30,182 bases of DNA, from the NCBI GenBank assembly GCA_049599895.1, contig JBMYPC010000022.1, positions 1-30,182 of the forward strand, written 5' to 3'. Under the pieces are notes generated by a model. That model ran no database searches and was not told the origin of the DNA. It saw only the letters and a list, made by a program, of their open reading frames with translations. A program made the position numbers and the translations under genes. Below, piece after piece: positions 29,275-30,182 of this stretch (position 1 is its first letter; every line of letters begins with the position of its first letter). The DNA comes from Bacteriovoracaceae bacterium (GTDB lineage: Bacteria; Bdellovibrionota; Bacteriovoracia; Bacteriovoracales; Bacteriovoracaceae).

Positions 29275-30182
29275 CTAGTGAATTGGAGAGAATTCCATTG
29301 TCACTCCTTCGCCTTCTCTTACACAAACAAATGTGAAGTGAGATTTACCGTTTAGGTAGTTTGGCATAAGAGGAGCACAGTCACTATCAACAACGTGATT
29401 GTTGTGCGCTTCAAGCTTAAGTTTTCCATCTTTGACTTTGATAATGTTTACTCCACCTTGGTTAAAAGTGTTTGAGTCAACGTAAAGCCCCGGAGAAACG
29501 TCTTTTCCTGTTTTTGCGACAAATGGCAGATACTTCTGATTAAGGATGTGTCCGCTCAGAAGACTTACTTTGTAAGCAGGATAACTATCCACAACTTCGT
29601 TGTCATTCATAAGAAAGATAGATCTCTTATCAAGACCAATGTAATGATCTCCTGACTTTGAAAAGTTAAAGCCCGCGATGAAGCCTTCGAACTTACTGCT
29701 ATCAAGGTTAATTTGAGATCCACTAAAATCATCACCCTGGGTCAAAGAAAAGTGAGTTGATCTCATGGCAACGGGAGTTCTGTAAAAGTCCTGAGGAATA
29801 CGACTTGCATTTTGATTAAACTTATTGATTGGCTCAGCGTCGACAAGCTCGTCGAAAGGAGCGATTTCTTTTGGTTCTCCAAATGCTTCGCCACCTTTAA
29901 ACTTTTGAACAAAGTAACGAAGATTTAATGAATACCCTGTATTGAAATAGACTTCAGTTATTCCTTGTTTGAAGTTTTCTTCGTCTTGAGTTCTTACAAG
30001 AATTGGGACAAGGTTGTCTCTATAAAGTCTTGCGCCAACTTTTCGAGCAAATTTGCGATCAAAAATTTCATCATTGATAATATTAAGTTTAAAGCTTCCA
30101 AGATCTTCTTTTGATTGAGAAAGAAAGTAGATTCTTTGCTTTTTGTCAGGATCATCGAGTTGAGGAAGAGGGCTCTCTGCTC
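29275..30182 (-). CDS. Hypothetical beta-rich protein, 5'-truncated by the window edge
   Basis: The frame has no stop from 29766 to the window end, so the gene is longer than the 163-aa track ORF. Confidence 0.65.
   Translation of the reverse strand, partial: AESPLPQLDDPDKKQRIYFLSQSKEDLGSFKLNIINDEIFDRKFARKVGARLYRDNLVPILVRTQDEENFKQGITEVYFNTGYSLNLRYFVQKFKGGEAFGEPKEIAPFDELVDAEPINKFNQNASRIPQDFYRTPVAMRSTHFSLTQGDDFSGSQINLDSSKFEGFIAGFNFSKSGDHYIGLDKRSIFLMNDNEVVDSYPAYKVSLLSGHILNQKYLPFVAKTGKDVSPGLYVDSNTFNQGGVNIIKVKDGKLKLEAHNNHVVDSDCAPLMPNYLNGKSHFTFVCVREGEGVTMEFSPIH

Overview
AT-rich bacterial chromosomal window. Gene content and order suggest a Bdellovibrionota / Bacteriovoracia-like (deltaproteobacterial-type) predator, but this is inference only. 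Most genes are housekeeping: nuoB-C-D-I, guanine deaminase, an RlmI-like methyltransferase, ettA, aspartokinase, phoD, a SPOR protein, manC, purB, TolC plus a beta-barrel protein, kdsB-pyrG-kdsA-kdsC, DUF493 and gpsA. The notable part is a divergent, minimal Tad/Flp pilus cluster on the minus strand (12638-17163). Its probable platform gene, a two-domain TadB/TadC-like protein, lies about 4 kb away (7755-8657). Inside the cluster is an antisense 43-aa, highly basic ORF (15058-15189) missing from the ORF track. It has its own near-consensus sigma70 promoter, which overlaps the secretin start codon. No rRNA, tRNA, CRISPR array or mobile element was seen.
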